A DNA stretch of 64,000 nucleotides, taken from contig OZ251235.1 of NCBI GenBank assembly GCA_965240325.2, positions 310,001 through 374,000 on the forward strand, written 5' to 3'. The DNA is from Rebecca billardiae RCC1528 (lineage: Eukaryota; Protista; Haptophyta). A program made the translations under genes and the position numbers. The notes under the pieces were generated by a model. That model was not told where the DNA came from and ran no database searches. It worked only from the letters and a program-made list of their open reading frames with translations. Each line of letters begins with the position of its first letter. Position 1 is the first letter of the stretch. Of the stretch, positions 11,022-21,070 are shown piece by piece.

Positions 11022-11921
11022 CTAGTTGATTTCTCCAGTGACGGCTGTGCGCATGAGCTCGCCAGACGCAAGGACCCAGCCCAAGATAGAGCACGCAGTG
11101 CCCATGGTGAGCATGAAGCTCTGCTTCTCGCTCGCGTTCTTGCCGAGGAGGTAGAGGTATCTGTACGTGAGACCACCGAGCGATGGCGGGCTGAAGCGCA
11201 GGGGAGAGTCGCCAGAGCCATCACCCTGGGCGATGCCCTCGTTCACGCTGGCGCACATGAGCGCGACTGCGGCGGCCATGAGCAGAGCCGGTGCGACACC
11301 GAACGTCCGAAATTCGAGCAGGGCGCGCAGGCCGATCATCGACGCGGCGCCGAACAGGCCAAGGAAGAAGCAGCAGTTGCAGCCAAGCCACGCCTCCTCG
11401 TAATAGTCCATGAGGAGGGGCAGCACGCCCCTTGTCGCCGGCATCGTGTGCTCGCACTCGGTCAGTTTGTTCACCGCGACGGTGGAGTAAACGATTGCCA
11501 CGAGCTCAGCGGCGAGCGAGGCCACCGCGATCATCAGGTGCGAGCGCACGCAAAGGCTGAAGACGATGGGATCCGCACCAACACGCAGAGGAAACCCGAA
11601 GCCCAGCGGCAATATGGAGCCCGCAATGATGGCCGCAGGGAGGCGCATGTTGTTGAAGAGCGAGATGGCTTCCTCGGAGTAGACGCGGAGAGGGGCCTCC
11701 TTGAACTCGAAACGCTCTGCCAGTGCGCGCTCGGCCGCCGGTGCAGTCGGCTCCGCCGATGCAGTCGGCTCCGCCGGTACGGTTGGCTCGCACGCAGCCG
11801 GAGTGGCCCGCGTCAATCGGCCGGATGAGAGCCTCAGGCGGGACACTCGCTGCAGCGGTGGGCCATGGGGGGAGCCAAACGATAAAGCTCCGAGGATGAT
11901 GACGAGCCCGGGCCCCGGCAT
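11022..11921 (-). CDS. Hypothetical multi-pass membrane protein with signal/transit-like N-terminus
   Basis: MPGPGLVIILGALSF leader and about 5 hydrophobic segments; GC3-rich codons. Confidence 0.65.
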   Translation of the reverse strand: MPGPGLVIILGALSFGSPHGPPLQRVSRLRLSSGRLTRATPAACEPTVPAEPTASAEPTAPAAERALAERFEFKEAPLRVYSEEAISLFNNMRLPAAIIAGSILPLGFGFPLRVGADPIVFSLCVRSHLMIAVASLAAELVAIVYSTVAVNKLTECEHTMPATRGVLPLLMDYYEEAWLGCNCCFFLGLFGAASMIGLRALLEFRTFGVAPALLMAAAVALMCASVNEGIAQGDGSGDSPLRFSPPSLGGLTYRYLYLLGKNASEKQSFMLTMGTACSILGWVLASGELMRTAVTGEIN

Positions 11922-12085
11922 GCGCTTGTCAGCGCGGCTGCCTCCGCCCTCGGACACCCACCAGCCCTTGCCGTCCAAGCGGGCAGCGATGACGATCCCC
12001 GTGCGCTACTGTACCGCACTGAGGGCTGGCTGATGCAGTCGACCGGGTACTCCGACTACTCCCGCAGTCCCGCTCACGAACAACG

Positions 12086-12430
12086 ATGGCGGCAGCGCTT
12101 GCGCAGCGAGCGATGGGGGTGGCCAAGGAGGAGCTCGCCAAGCAGAAGCCAGCGATCGAGGCGGAAGTCGAGAAGCGGAAGGCAGAGCTGGGGCCAAAGC
12201 TGCTCGAAGCCATCCAGGCCTTACCGGCAGATGCCAAGGCATTTTTGGAGGGGCCAACGCAGGAGATGCTCGCGGCGCACCCGGAGATTGCCACTGACGT
12301 CGTGCTGCCAGCCCTGGCCAAGATGAATTTCCCTGGCGCTGGGGTCGCGCATAAGGTCGCACAGGTTGCTGGCCCAGAGCACACGCTGTGGATCCTCCAA
12401 CTGGCCGCCTCTCTGCGACGTATGGCGTAA
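12086..12430 (+). CDS. Small hypothetical helical protein (114 aa)
   Basis: ATG-started ORF with K/E/L-rich composition unlike the shadow frames; divergent from the upstream gene. Confidence 0.55.
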   Translation: MAAALAQRAMGVAKEELAKQKPAIEAEVEKRKAELGPKLLEAIQALPADAKAFLEGPTQEMLAAHPEIATDVVLPALAKMNFPGAGVAHKVAQVAGPEHTLWILQLAASLRRMA

Positions 12431-13019
12431 TGTTTGTCCAGACGACCGGACGAGTGGCCGCAGGCGCAGCCTGGTGGCACCAGCGAATCTGCCACAGGCG
12501 ACGCTCGACGGGACGACGATCTCGACGCAGACTCGTTGACAGTAGCAGCACCGAGGATGGAACGGGTCGTGTGGTCCGGAGAGACGACAGCATTCGTGAT
12601 CGTCATCAGTCGTCGTGGCTGAGCCTGAATTGGGAAGTCACCAGTTACAGTAGCTACTCACTCGGTCAGCGACGGCAGTGTCAAGCAGTGCGGCCGAGCC
12701 TGAGGCTTCAGAGTGACGCCCGAGGCAGTAGCGAGTCGTGACGGCCCAGTGTGATTGGCGCCCACTGGGCGTGGTGCATGGCGCCCGCCCCGCAGGCCGC
12801 ACGGCCCTTATTCCCGCCCTACAACGCCCGCGGTGCATGGTGCGGACGCCGATATTCCGAACTCCGAAGCCGTCGCCGCCCGTCGCGGACACCGACAGTC
12901 GTCTTCGCCTTCGCCTTCGGTCCGTCACGGTCCGCCGTGAACGGTGAAATAACGTGATGCTGCTGGCGGGAGCGAGCCTTGATGCCCATATATATATCGT
13001 CGATCATTCTCGCGCTATA

Positions 13020-13053
<34 letters not shown>

Positions 13054-13527
13054 CTAGAGAGCTAGAGTCCTGAGAGAGCTGAGAAGTGAGAGAGGGCGAC
13101 CCGCGAGTGCAGTACGGACTGTTACGGGCCACACGGTAGTGACCGCCGCATCTGACTGAGCGGGTGGCCCGCGCCTCCGCGGATTATGTCGTCGAGGATT
13201 AGAATGACGAGTGACGGAGTGAGTCAGCAGTAACTAGTACGACGAGCTTGTTGACTGTCGGTCACAGCCACGGGGCAGGGGCGCTGCCACCCGCGTGCCG
13301 ATCGGAGGATTGGCACCCCTCGGCTGGCCGCGCCGCCCACCAAGCGCGAGGTGGCGGGCGGGCGCGGTCGAAGGTGTCGGATGTCGCGAGTAATAGGGCC
13401 TCAGCCGATCGATAGCGCGTGAGGGTCGCAGGCACCTACAGGTGAATGAATGGTCGTGATGCAACGGTAAGGCAGCCGAACTGCCTCGGGCCGGCTCTGC
13501 GTGAGGTTCGTGTCCAGTGACGCCGCG

Positions 13528-16500
13528 TCACTGCGCCGGGTGCTCCTCGGCGACCTTGTTGCGGAGCGACTCGAGCGTCTTCTTCGCGTCGCCGAGCAGC
13601 ATGAGCGAGTTCTCCTTGATGAAGACCGGGTTGGACACGCCCGCGTAGCCGGCACCCATCGTGCGCTTCATGATGATCACCTGGCGGCCGAGCGGGCGCA
13701 CGCGCGCGGGACGTCCAGGAGTCAGCGCGCGGGTCGGGCGCGGGCGTTCTCGATGCGCGCGGCGCGGGGGTGCGCACCTCCTTGGCCGTCCACACGCGCA
13801 GCACGGGCATGCCCGCGATGATCGAGTTCGGGTCCTCCTCCGCCGCCGAGTTGACGGTGTCGTTGGCGCCGATCACGAGGACGAGGTCGGTCTTGGCAAA
13901 GTCGTCGTTGATCTCGTCCATCTCGAAGACGGCGTCGTACGGCACGCCCGCCTCGGCGAGGAGCACGTTGAGCTGGCCCGGCATGCGCCCCGCCACCGGG
14001 TGGATGGCGAAGCGCATCCGCACACCGAGCGCGGTGAGCTGCTTGTACAGCTCGGCGACGATGTGCTGCCCCGCAGCGACGGCCAGGCCGTACCCTGGCA
14101 CGATGATCACCTCCTTGGAGTGCGTGAGCAGCGTGACCGTGTGCTCGACGTCGGTGAAGTGCGGCTCGCCCTCGAACTTCATCGCCGGCCCCGCCTTCTT
14201 CGTCGACGTGCCGAAGCCGCCGAGCACAACGTTGAGCACCGAGCGGTTCATCGCGACGCACATGATGTGCGTCAGGATGGCACCGGACGAGCCGATGAGC
14301 GCGCCGACCACGGTGAGCAGCGGCACGTTGAGCATGAAGCCCTCCGCGCACAGCGCCCAGCCCTGCGCACAGGACGCAGGTGAGCGGCACGGGCGCGGCG
14401 GGGCGCGCGCGGGGCGCGTGAGCGCGTGCCGCCGCCGCCGCCGGCGGAGGCGCTGTCGAGGCTGCGCCACCGCACGTCGCGCGTGCTGCGCGCGCGCGCG
14501 CGGGTGGCACGGGCGCGCGCGACGGCCGCAGCGCGCGCCGCGCGCGCCGCGCGCGTACCGAGTACGAGTTGAGCACGGTGATGACGACGGGCATGTCCGC
14601 GCCGCCGATCGAGTGCACCATGTGCAGCCCGAGGATGAGCGAGAGGGCCGTCGCGACGCCGACGCACATCAGGCCCGTGCTGGGCGGCGGCATCAGCGGC
14701 ACCCACACGATGCACACGAGCAGCACGAGCCCGCACACGGCGTTCAGCACGTCGCGGATGGGCAGCTTGAGGGGCGCGGAGCCGAGCAGGCCGCTGAGCT
14801 TGGCGAAGGCGATGAGCGAGCCCGTGAACGTCACGCCGCCGATCGCCGCCGCGAGCCCGACCGACGCGAGCCGCACCTCGTCCACGGGCACGTCCGGCAG
14901 CAGCGCGCCGTCCGCGTCGTACGTCTCTGCGAGGAAGTCGAGGTAGTCTCCAAACGCGGTCAGCACGGCGGCGAGGCCGACGAGCGAGTGGAAGGCGGCG
15001 ACGGTCTGCGGGAGCGAGGTCGGGTCGACGCGCTTGTAGATCCCCGCGCCGAGCGAGCCGCCCACGAGCGCGACCACGCCGAACTGCACGTAGGTGCCCC
15101 AGTCCCACTTGTCCGCGATGGCGCCGAGCGAGGCGGCAAGGCCGAGCGCGATGCCCGCGACGCCCGAGGTGGAGCCGTAGCGCGCGGTCTTCTGCGTGGC
15201 GAGGCCGGCGATGCCGCCGATGCACAGCAGCCCCGCCGCCGTCTGCACCACCGTCGTCAGCTCGTGCTGCCCGAGCACCAGCCCCGCGGCGTACGCGCCG
15301 ATCAGCAGGATCACCGGCACCGCGTAGAAGGAGAAGTACTCGGGCGGGTCTGTCGGCCGCTTGAAGTGGTCGAGCATCTTCTTGGTGACGAGCGAGCCGC
15401 CGACGATGTTGACGAGCGAGACGAAGGTGGCGACCAGGCCGAGCACGTGCGCCAGCGTCTGCGGTACGAGCCCCGCCACCATGTCGGGCGCGCCGCCCAT
15501 CAGGTACATGCCGCCGAGCGCGGTCATGCCCGAGATCGCGTTGGTCTCCGCCATCAGCGGCGAGTGCAGCGCGGGCGTCACGCCCCACACGACCTGGTAG
15601 CCGATGGTGCACGCGAGCGTGAAGACGGTGAACATGGCGGAGAAGTCGCTCGACGGCGACGCGTAGCCGACCAGGAAGAGCAGCGCCGCGACGAACGTCA
15701 TGCGGATCGCGCTCGAGCGGAAGGGCGCCTTGTAGTCGACCGGCTTGGGCTCGGGCGTGGCCGCCGCGGCCTTGGACGTGTTCCGCGAGATGGCGGGCGC
15801 GCGCGGCTTGATGGGCGGCGGCGGGTAGCGGAGCTCGCCGCCCTCGAGCACGAGCATCCCGCGCACCGCCTCGTCCTCGTGCTCGATCAGCCACTCGCCC
15901 TTCCGCTTCGTCGTCTGCGGCCCGACCGAGAGGATGAAGTTGGAGACGTTCTTGGCGAACAGCGTGGACGAGATCGAGGCGAGCCGCGAGTTGAGGTCGG
16001 TGTACCCGAGGCAGGTGACGCCGTTCGGGGTGACGATGGCCTTGTCCATGACGGTGGTCTCAATGTTGCCGCCGTTCTGCGCCGCCAGGTCCACCGTCAC
16101 CGAGCCCGGCTTCATCTTGGCGACCATCTCGTCGGTGAACATGATGGGCGCCTTCTTGCCCGGGATCAGCGCGGTCGTGATGATGATGTCGACCTCCTCG
16201 CACTGCTTGGTGAGCATGCGCCGCGCGGCGGCGTGCCACTCGGGGCTCATCTCCTTGGCGTACCCGCCCGTCCCCTCGCCCGCCTCCTCGAAGTCGACCT
16301 CGAGGAACTTGGCGCCGAGCGACTCGGCCTGCTCCTTCACGGCCGCGCGCACGTCGAAGCAGCGCACCTGCGCGCCCAGCGAGTGCGCGTGCGTGATGGC
16401 GGAGAGGCCGGCGACGCCGCCGCCGATGACGAGGACGACGGCTGGCGGGACCTTGCCCGCGGCCGTCATGATGCCCGAGAAGAAGCGGCCGTACGCGTTG

Positions 16501-17060
16501 CCCGCCTCCATCACCGCGCGGTAGCCCGCGATGTTGGCCTGCGACGAGAGGACGTCAAACGCCTGCCCGCGCGAGAGCTGGCGCGGGATCATGTCCATCG
16601 CGAACACGGTGGCGCCCTGCTTCTGCATCTGCTCGATGAGCGCGGGGTTCTGCGCCGGCCAGAAGAGCGAGACTAGGCAGCGGTCGCCCACCAGCTTCGC
16701 CTCCTTTGGCGTCGGCTCGCGAACCTTTACCACGATCGACGCGTTCCACGCGCTCGCGCGATCGACGATCTTGGCGCCCACGTTCTCGTACGCCTTGTCG
16801 CTGAAGTCGGCCGCGGCACCGGCGCCCTTCTCGATCTGCACGTTGAACCCCTCGTTCACCAGCTTCGCCACTGTGTCGGGCGTCTGCGCGACGCGCTTCT
16901 CGAGCGGCACCGACTCCTTCACGACGCCGATCGAGAGGTTGGTGTACGCCTTGCCCGAGCGGTATGAGTACTGCTTGCCGGTCGGGAGGGCGTCGGCTGC
17001 CGGCGCGGCCTCCTCCACCAGCGGCTTGTAGCCCTGCCCATTGCTGTCGAGGGTCGGCAT
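13528..17060 (-). CDS. NNT: Proton-translocating NAD(P) transhydrogenase, single chain in alpha-beta order; exons 17060-14559, 14362-13778, 13680-13528
   Basis: [63 protein letters not shown]|[32 protein letters not shown]; GT-AG introns at 14558-14363 and 13777-13681 restore the frame. Confidence 0.95.
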
Positions 17061-17429
17061 GGCCGCGGTCCCAAACGCGCTCGTCCGCGCGGCGGGGCTT
17101 CGTTCGGTGGCGGTCCCGTCGACCGCTGTAGCTACTGGTCGCACGGGGAGGTACAGGGCGCGCAGCAGGGGAAGCGGGCTGGCGCCACTTTCAACTTTGC
17201 TGGCGCCGTCGTTGGCGCTGCACGCCCAGGGCTGGGCGCTGATTGGCTGCGGCCCCAACTCCCAAGCCGGCAGCTCGGGCGTGGACTCCCATTGGCGGGT
17301 CGTTGGCCCATGGGACCAAACGAGGAGCGCTGTGCGTCGTTTCGATAATATTCGAATGGGCTTTTGAATAGCTCCGTCTCAGGCTGTTTACGAATTACGA
17401 CCCGATCGACGATGATCGAGAAGACGACG

Positions 17430-20006
17430 TCAGGTGGCGACGGGGTGCGGCGCACGGCCCGGGCGCGACCGCGTCGGCCCGGGGCGCACGCGAGCCCCGC
17501 TGGCCCCGTTGCCATCACCATCGCGCGCACGCCCCGCGCTCGGAGGCGTGGGCCCCGCTTCCACCGTCCGCTCGTCGCCGCGCGCGCGGAAGAGCTGGCC
17601 GAGCGCGGCGGCGAACGAGGCGGAGTGCTCGCCCGAGCCGAGCGCTTCCGCGCGCGCGCTCCCGCCGAGGCGGGCGGAGCTGACGAGGCGGTGGCACTCC
17701 AAGATCGCGTCGGGCCCGTTCCCAGCGTCCGCGAAGAAGGCACGCACCGCCTCGGCCGCGTGGCCCTCGCCCGCGGCGTCGCCTGGATGGAGCGGCTCGC
17801 GGGCCGCGTCGAGCAGCGCCGCCCGCGCCACGCGCCGCGCGTCGCGCTCGGCGGAGGTTGCGCCGCCTCCGCGCGAGACCTTCGCGAGGTTGAGCGAGAC
17901 GTCCACGCCACCGGGCGCGCGCTGCGTGCGCACCGGCCCGCGCGGCGCCCGGAAGCTGCCGACAAACTCGGCCGTGCGCTCGGCGGTCCCCGCGTCGCCG
18001 CCGGGCGCGGCCGCAGGGTTGACCAGCATGTCGAGGAAGCTGCTCACGGGCAGCGGCGCGGCGTCGCCCGCGCCCGCGCCCGCGCCCGGCTCGCGCGCCG
18101 CGTCGTGCAGCGCGCCGCGCGCCACACCGCCGCCGCCGCCCTCGGCGCCGGGCTGCCGCGGCTGCGGCGGCCGCGCCGGCTGCTGCGTGCCGGCGATGCG
18201 CTCGAACATCTGGCCCTTCCACTCGGCAATGTGCGGGTGATCCGCGCCGAGCACGCTCTCGAAGATGGCCTGCGCGGAGACGACGAGCGGCTCGGCGTCG
18301 GCGCGCGCGTCCTGCCGCACGAAGTGCAGCGCCAGGTTGCCCAGGTTCTTGGCCACGCCCGTCAGCAGCTCCTTCTCCGCGTCGAGTGCGCCGCCACCGC
18401 CCTCAGGCACGGTAGAACCATGCACGCGCGCGAGCTCGGCCTGCGTGCTCTCGAGCTCGCGCGCGAGCGTCGCCTTCTCCTCCTCCTGCGCCGCGCGCAC
18501 GCGGCGCAGCTCGGGCGTGTCGTCCAGCGCCGCCATCGCCTTCGCCAGCGCGCTCGTCTTCGCCTGCCGCTCGACGAGCAGCGCGTTCTTGCGCGCCTCC
18601 GCCTCGCGCTGCGCCGCCGCCTCGGCCGCGAGCGCCGACTTGAGCTCGTCCTTGGCGCGCGCGGCGGCGGCCTGCGCCTGCTTGGCCTCGACGATGTGCG
18701 CCTTCGCCGCGCGCTCGAGCTCGAGCACGGCCTCGTGCGGCGCGGCCAGCTCCTGCAGCACCCGCGCCTCGAGCGCGTGCAGCGCGCCCTGCTTGCCGTC
18801 GAGCTGCGCCTGCAGGTTGGCTGAGAGCCCGCCGTAGTCGAGCGTCGCGTTCACGCGCGCGCGCACGACCACGTTCATCGCCTGCTGCCCAAACTCGAGC
18901 GAGTTGTGCGTCTCGAAGGTGTCGCGCTTGGAGGGCGCGACGCAGACGATCAGCGTCGTCTTCGCGTTCCCGCCCAGCGCGTTCGACAGCAGCCGCGTCA
19001 GCTTGGACTCGCGGAAGGGCGGGCGCTCGGTCTTCGAGTTCTTGGCCATCGCCTCGATGCAGCGGCCGAGCGTCGTCAGCGACTTGTTGATCGAGATGGC
19101 CTCCTCGAGGCCCTGGCCCTCGACGCCGGACTTCTTGATGCGCTCCGAGCCCGCCAGGTCGACCATGTACAGCTTGCCCATCAGCGTGCGCGTGCCGCCG
19201 CGCCGCGTGAGCTGCAGCATCATCACGGCGTGCGAGCGCGACGAGTCGGCGTTCATCGACGTGGACGCGGTCGCGCGGTTGCCGTTGCCGTCGGCGAGGA
19301 CGGCCTTGGCGTCGTCGACGGAGCCGACGGGGCGCCAGGTGAGACCGGTGAGGAACACGCCCGTCTTCGTGTCCTCGCGGATCTGCACCTCCGCGCTCGG
19401 CTCGAGCAGGTCGTACAGCGCCTCGAGGTACACCTGCAGGTACGCCATTTCGACCGAGTACTCGTGCTCCGCGTCCGCGCGGATCTGATCGAAGATCTCC
19501 TCGAAGGCGCGGATCATCACGCCCGCGCCCGCGCCCGAGCGCTCGTTCGCGAGCGTGTACGTCTTGCCCGCGCCCGTCTGCCCGTAGCACATCACGCAGC
19601 CGGTGAAGCCCTCGAGCGTCGACTTGACGATGCTCGCCGCCGCCGCGTCGTACACGTCCTGCTGCGAGCCGTCAGGCGGGATGACGCGGTCGAAGACGAA
19701 CTGCTTGGGCGCCTTCGCGGATGCCTTGCTGAACGAGCCGCCACCGCCGCCCGCCGACTTGAACGAGCCCTCCCTGCCCTCGCCACCGTCGTCCGCGCCG
19801 AGCGCCCACACCATGTCTCGCGCGCGGTCCACCTGCAGCGACACATTGTCCGCGCCGCCCTCGTCGGCGGAGACCTGCGGCCGGATACGAACGACAACGT
19901 TGACGCGCTCCTCGTCGCCGCCACCCTCCTTCTCGCCCTCCTTCTTGCGCGGGGCAGCCGCCCTCCCTTTTGTGGGCGTTGGGGCCCGGCCAGTTTGAGT
20001 GGCCAT
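17430..20006 (-). CDS. Kinesin motor protein (ARK-like motor/neck, coiled coil, KLC-like TPR)
   Basis: P-loop GQTGAGKT, switch I NADSSRSH, switch II DLAGSE, PFRESKLTRLL; coiled coil; TPR-like NLGNLALHF...AEPL...AIFESVLGADHP. The 3' exon structure is uncertain. Confidence 0.9.
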   Translation of the reverse strand: MATQTGRAPTPTKGRAAAPRKKEGEKEGGGDEERVNVVVRIRPQVSADEGGADNVSLQVDRARDMVWALGADDGGEGREGSFKSAGGGGGSFSKASAKAPKQFVFDRVIPPDGSQQDVYDAAAASIVKSTLEGFTGCVMCYGQTGAGKTYTLANERSGAGAGVMIRAFEEIFDQIRADAEHEYSVEMAYLQVYLEALYDLLEPSAEVQIREDTKTGVFLTGLTWRPVGSVDDAKAVLADGNGNRATASTSMNADSSRSHAVMMLQLTRRGGTRTLMGKLYMVDLAGSERIKKSGVEGQGLEEAISINKSLTTLGRCIEAMAKNSKTERPPFRESKLTRLLSNALGGNAKTTLIVCVAPSKRDTFETHNSLEFGQQAMNVVVRARVNATLDYGGLSANLQAQLDGKQGALHALEARVLQELAAPHEAVLELERAAKAHIVEAKQAQAAAARAKDELKSALAAEAAAQREAEARKNALLVERQAKTSALAKAMAALDDTPELRRVRAAQEEEKATLARELESTQAELARVHGSTVPEGGGGALDAEKELLTGVAKNLGNLALHFVRQDARADAEPLVVSAQAIFESVLGADHPHIAEWKGQMFERIAGTQQPARPPQPRQPGAEGGGGGVARGALHDAAREPGAGAGAGDAAPLPVSSFLDMLVNPAAAPGGDAGTAERTAEFVGSFRAPRGPVRTQRAPGGVDVSLNLAKVSRGGGATSAERDARRVARAALLDAAREPLHPGDAAGEGHAAEAVRAFFADAGNGPDAILECHRLVSSARLGGSARAEALGSGEHSASFAAALGQLFRARGDERTVEAGPTPPSAGRARDGDGNGASGARVRPGPTRSRPGRAPHPVAT

Positions 20007-20229
20007 CGCCCTGGTGCGCTCCAGCGGCTGCTGGCAGATTTGTGGACTACGATCTCGAGCGATCTCGGCACAGATGTCACATTTTCGTATCGAATAGCCC
20101 CCCAAAATTGGGACGGGTTGATGCCAAATTCTGTCTGGCCGGCTTGCTGCAGCGGCTCCAAGGCGAACGGACTGAGAGGGCCCGCCAAGGCCAGCGCGCT
20201 CGGCGCGCTCGGCAGGCGGTCAGGTCAGC

Positions 20230-20826
20230 ATGGGAGGTCAAATGTCCTCACCGGCGAGTGCGGTGGAGGGCTCGAACCGCGTCGTGGTCCTGTTCCAGAC
20301 CACCACCATTCTGGGCCAGTGGTCCTACTCCGCCGACGCCGCGCCGCCGCCTCAGCTCGATGGCAAGATGGATGCCACCGCCTGGCGTCGATTCCTGGAG
20401 GCAGTCCACGGCACGACGAGCGACTTTCGCATCCTGGCTGGGTTGATGGGCGTACTCATCGCCGGCGCGTGGGCCGTTGGGCTATCCGTCCTGGCGCTGA
20501 GCATCACCGAGCGGCCAGCGCGCGAAACGCCCGCACCGTCGTTTATGATTCTGGCCTTCCCCTGCATCATTGGTGTCTTTGCGCTCGTGTGGTACGGATG
20601 GAATCAGCTGGACAAGCGGGGGCACAACGTGGCGCGCGACTTTGCGGGCGACTTCTCGAGTGCAGGATGCACCCTTACCTACACTTCGGAGGTCGAACGG
20701 CGTGGGAAGCGCCGCGTGAAGCACGCTTGGTTCACCGTCGACGTCCAGCAGCAGCCTGCACTGCCAGTTGCTGTGGGCATTCCGATGCAGCCAGTGGTGG
20801 CGGCGGCGGCGGTTGTGCCAGCATAG
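20230..20826 (+). CDS. Hypothetical two-TM membrane protein
   Basis: ATG-started ORF (MG start) with two hydrophobic helices; divergent from the kinesin. Confidence 0.55.
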   Translation: MGGQMSSPASAVEGSNRVVVLFQTTTILGQWSYSADAAPPPQLDGKMDATAWRRFLEAVHGTTSDFRILAGLMGVLIAGAWAVGLSVLALSITERPARETPAPSFMILAFPCIIGVFALVWYGWNQLDKRGHNVARDFAGDFSSAGCTLTYTSEVERRGKRRVKHAWFTVDVQQQPALPVAVGIPMQPVVAAAAVVPA

Positions 20827-20904
20827 CAAGTCGCGCACCGTGTCAGCTTCTTGCAGCTCGCATCGGATGATGCCGTTCTACGACGCGCAGTGCCGCGGAC
20901 TCAA

Positions 20905-21070
20905 AGTTCTATATGATTTAACGGCGACACAGGTAGGACGGCGCAGGTCTCCTGATTCGTCGTCGGCAGTGCCCGATCGTCGACACGAAGTCGGCGCTGG
21001 TGGCAGAGCATAGCCTGACGAACCGCTATCAAATGGCTTGAGCGCGGCCTTGAGCCGTGCTGGAGCCGCC
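20905..21070 (+). repeat. Dispersed repeat family B (other copies at about 6457-6540 on minus and about 52339-52430 on plus)
   Basis: Shared core GATCGTCGACACGAAGTCG; CTCCTGATTCGTCG shared with the 6.5-kb copy; TGGTGGCAGAGCATAGCCTG...GCTTGAGCGCGGCCTTGAGC shared with the 52-kb copy. Confidence 0.8.

Noticed and set aside
13770-20870. Long antisense ORFs over NNT and kinesin (also over eIF4A, MYND and the channel)
   Set aside because: Shadow frames expected from extreme GC3 bias.
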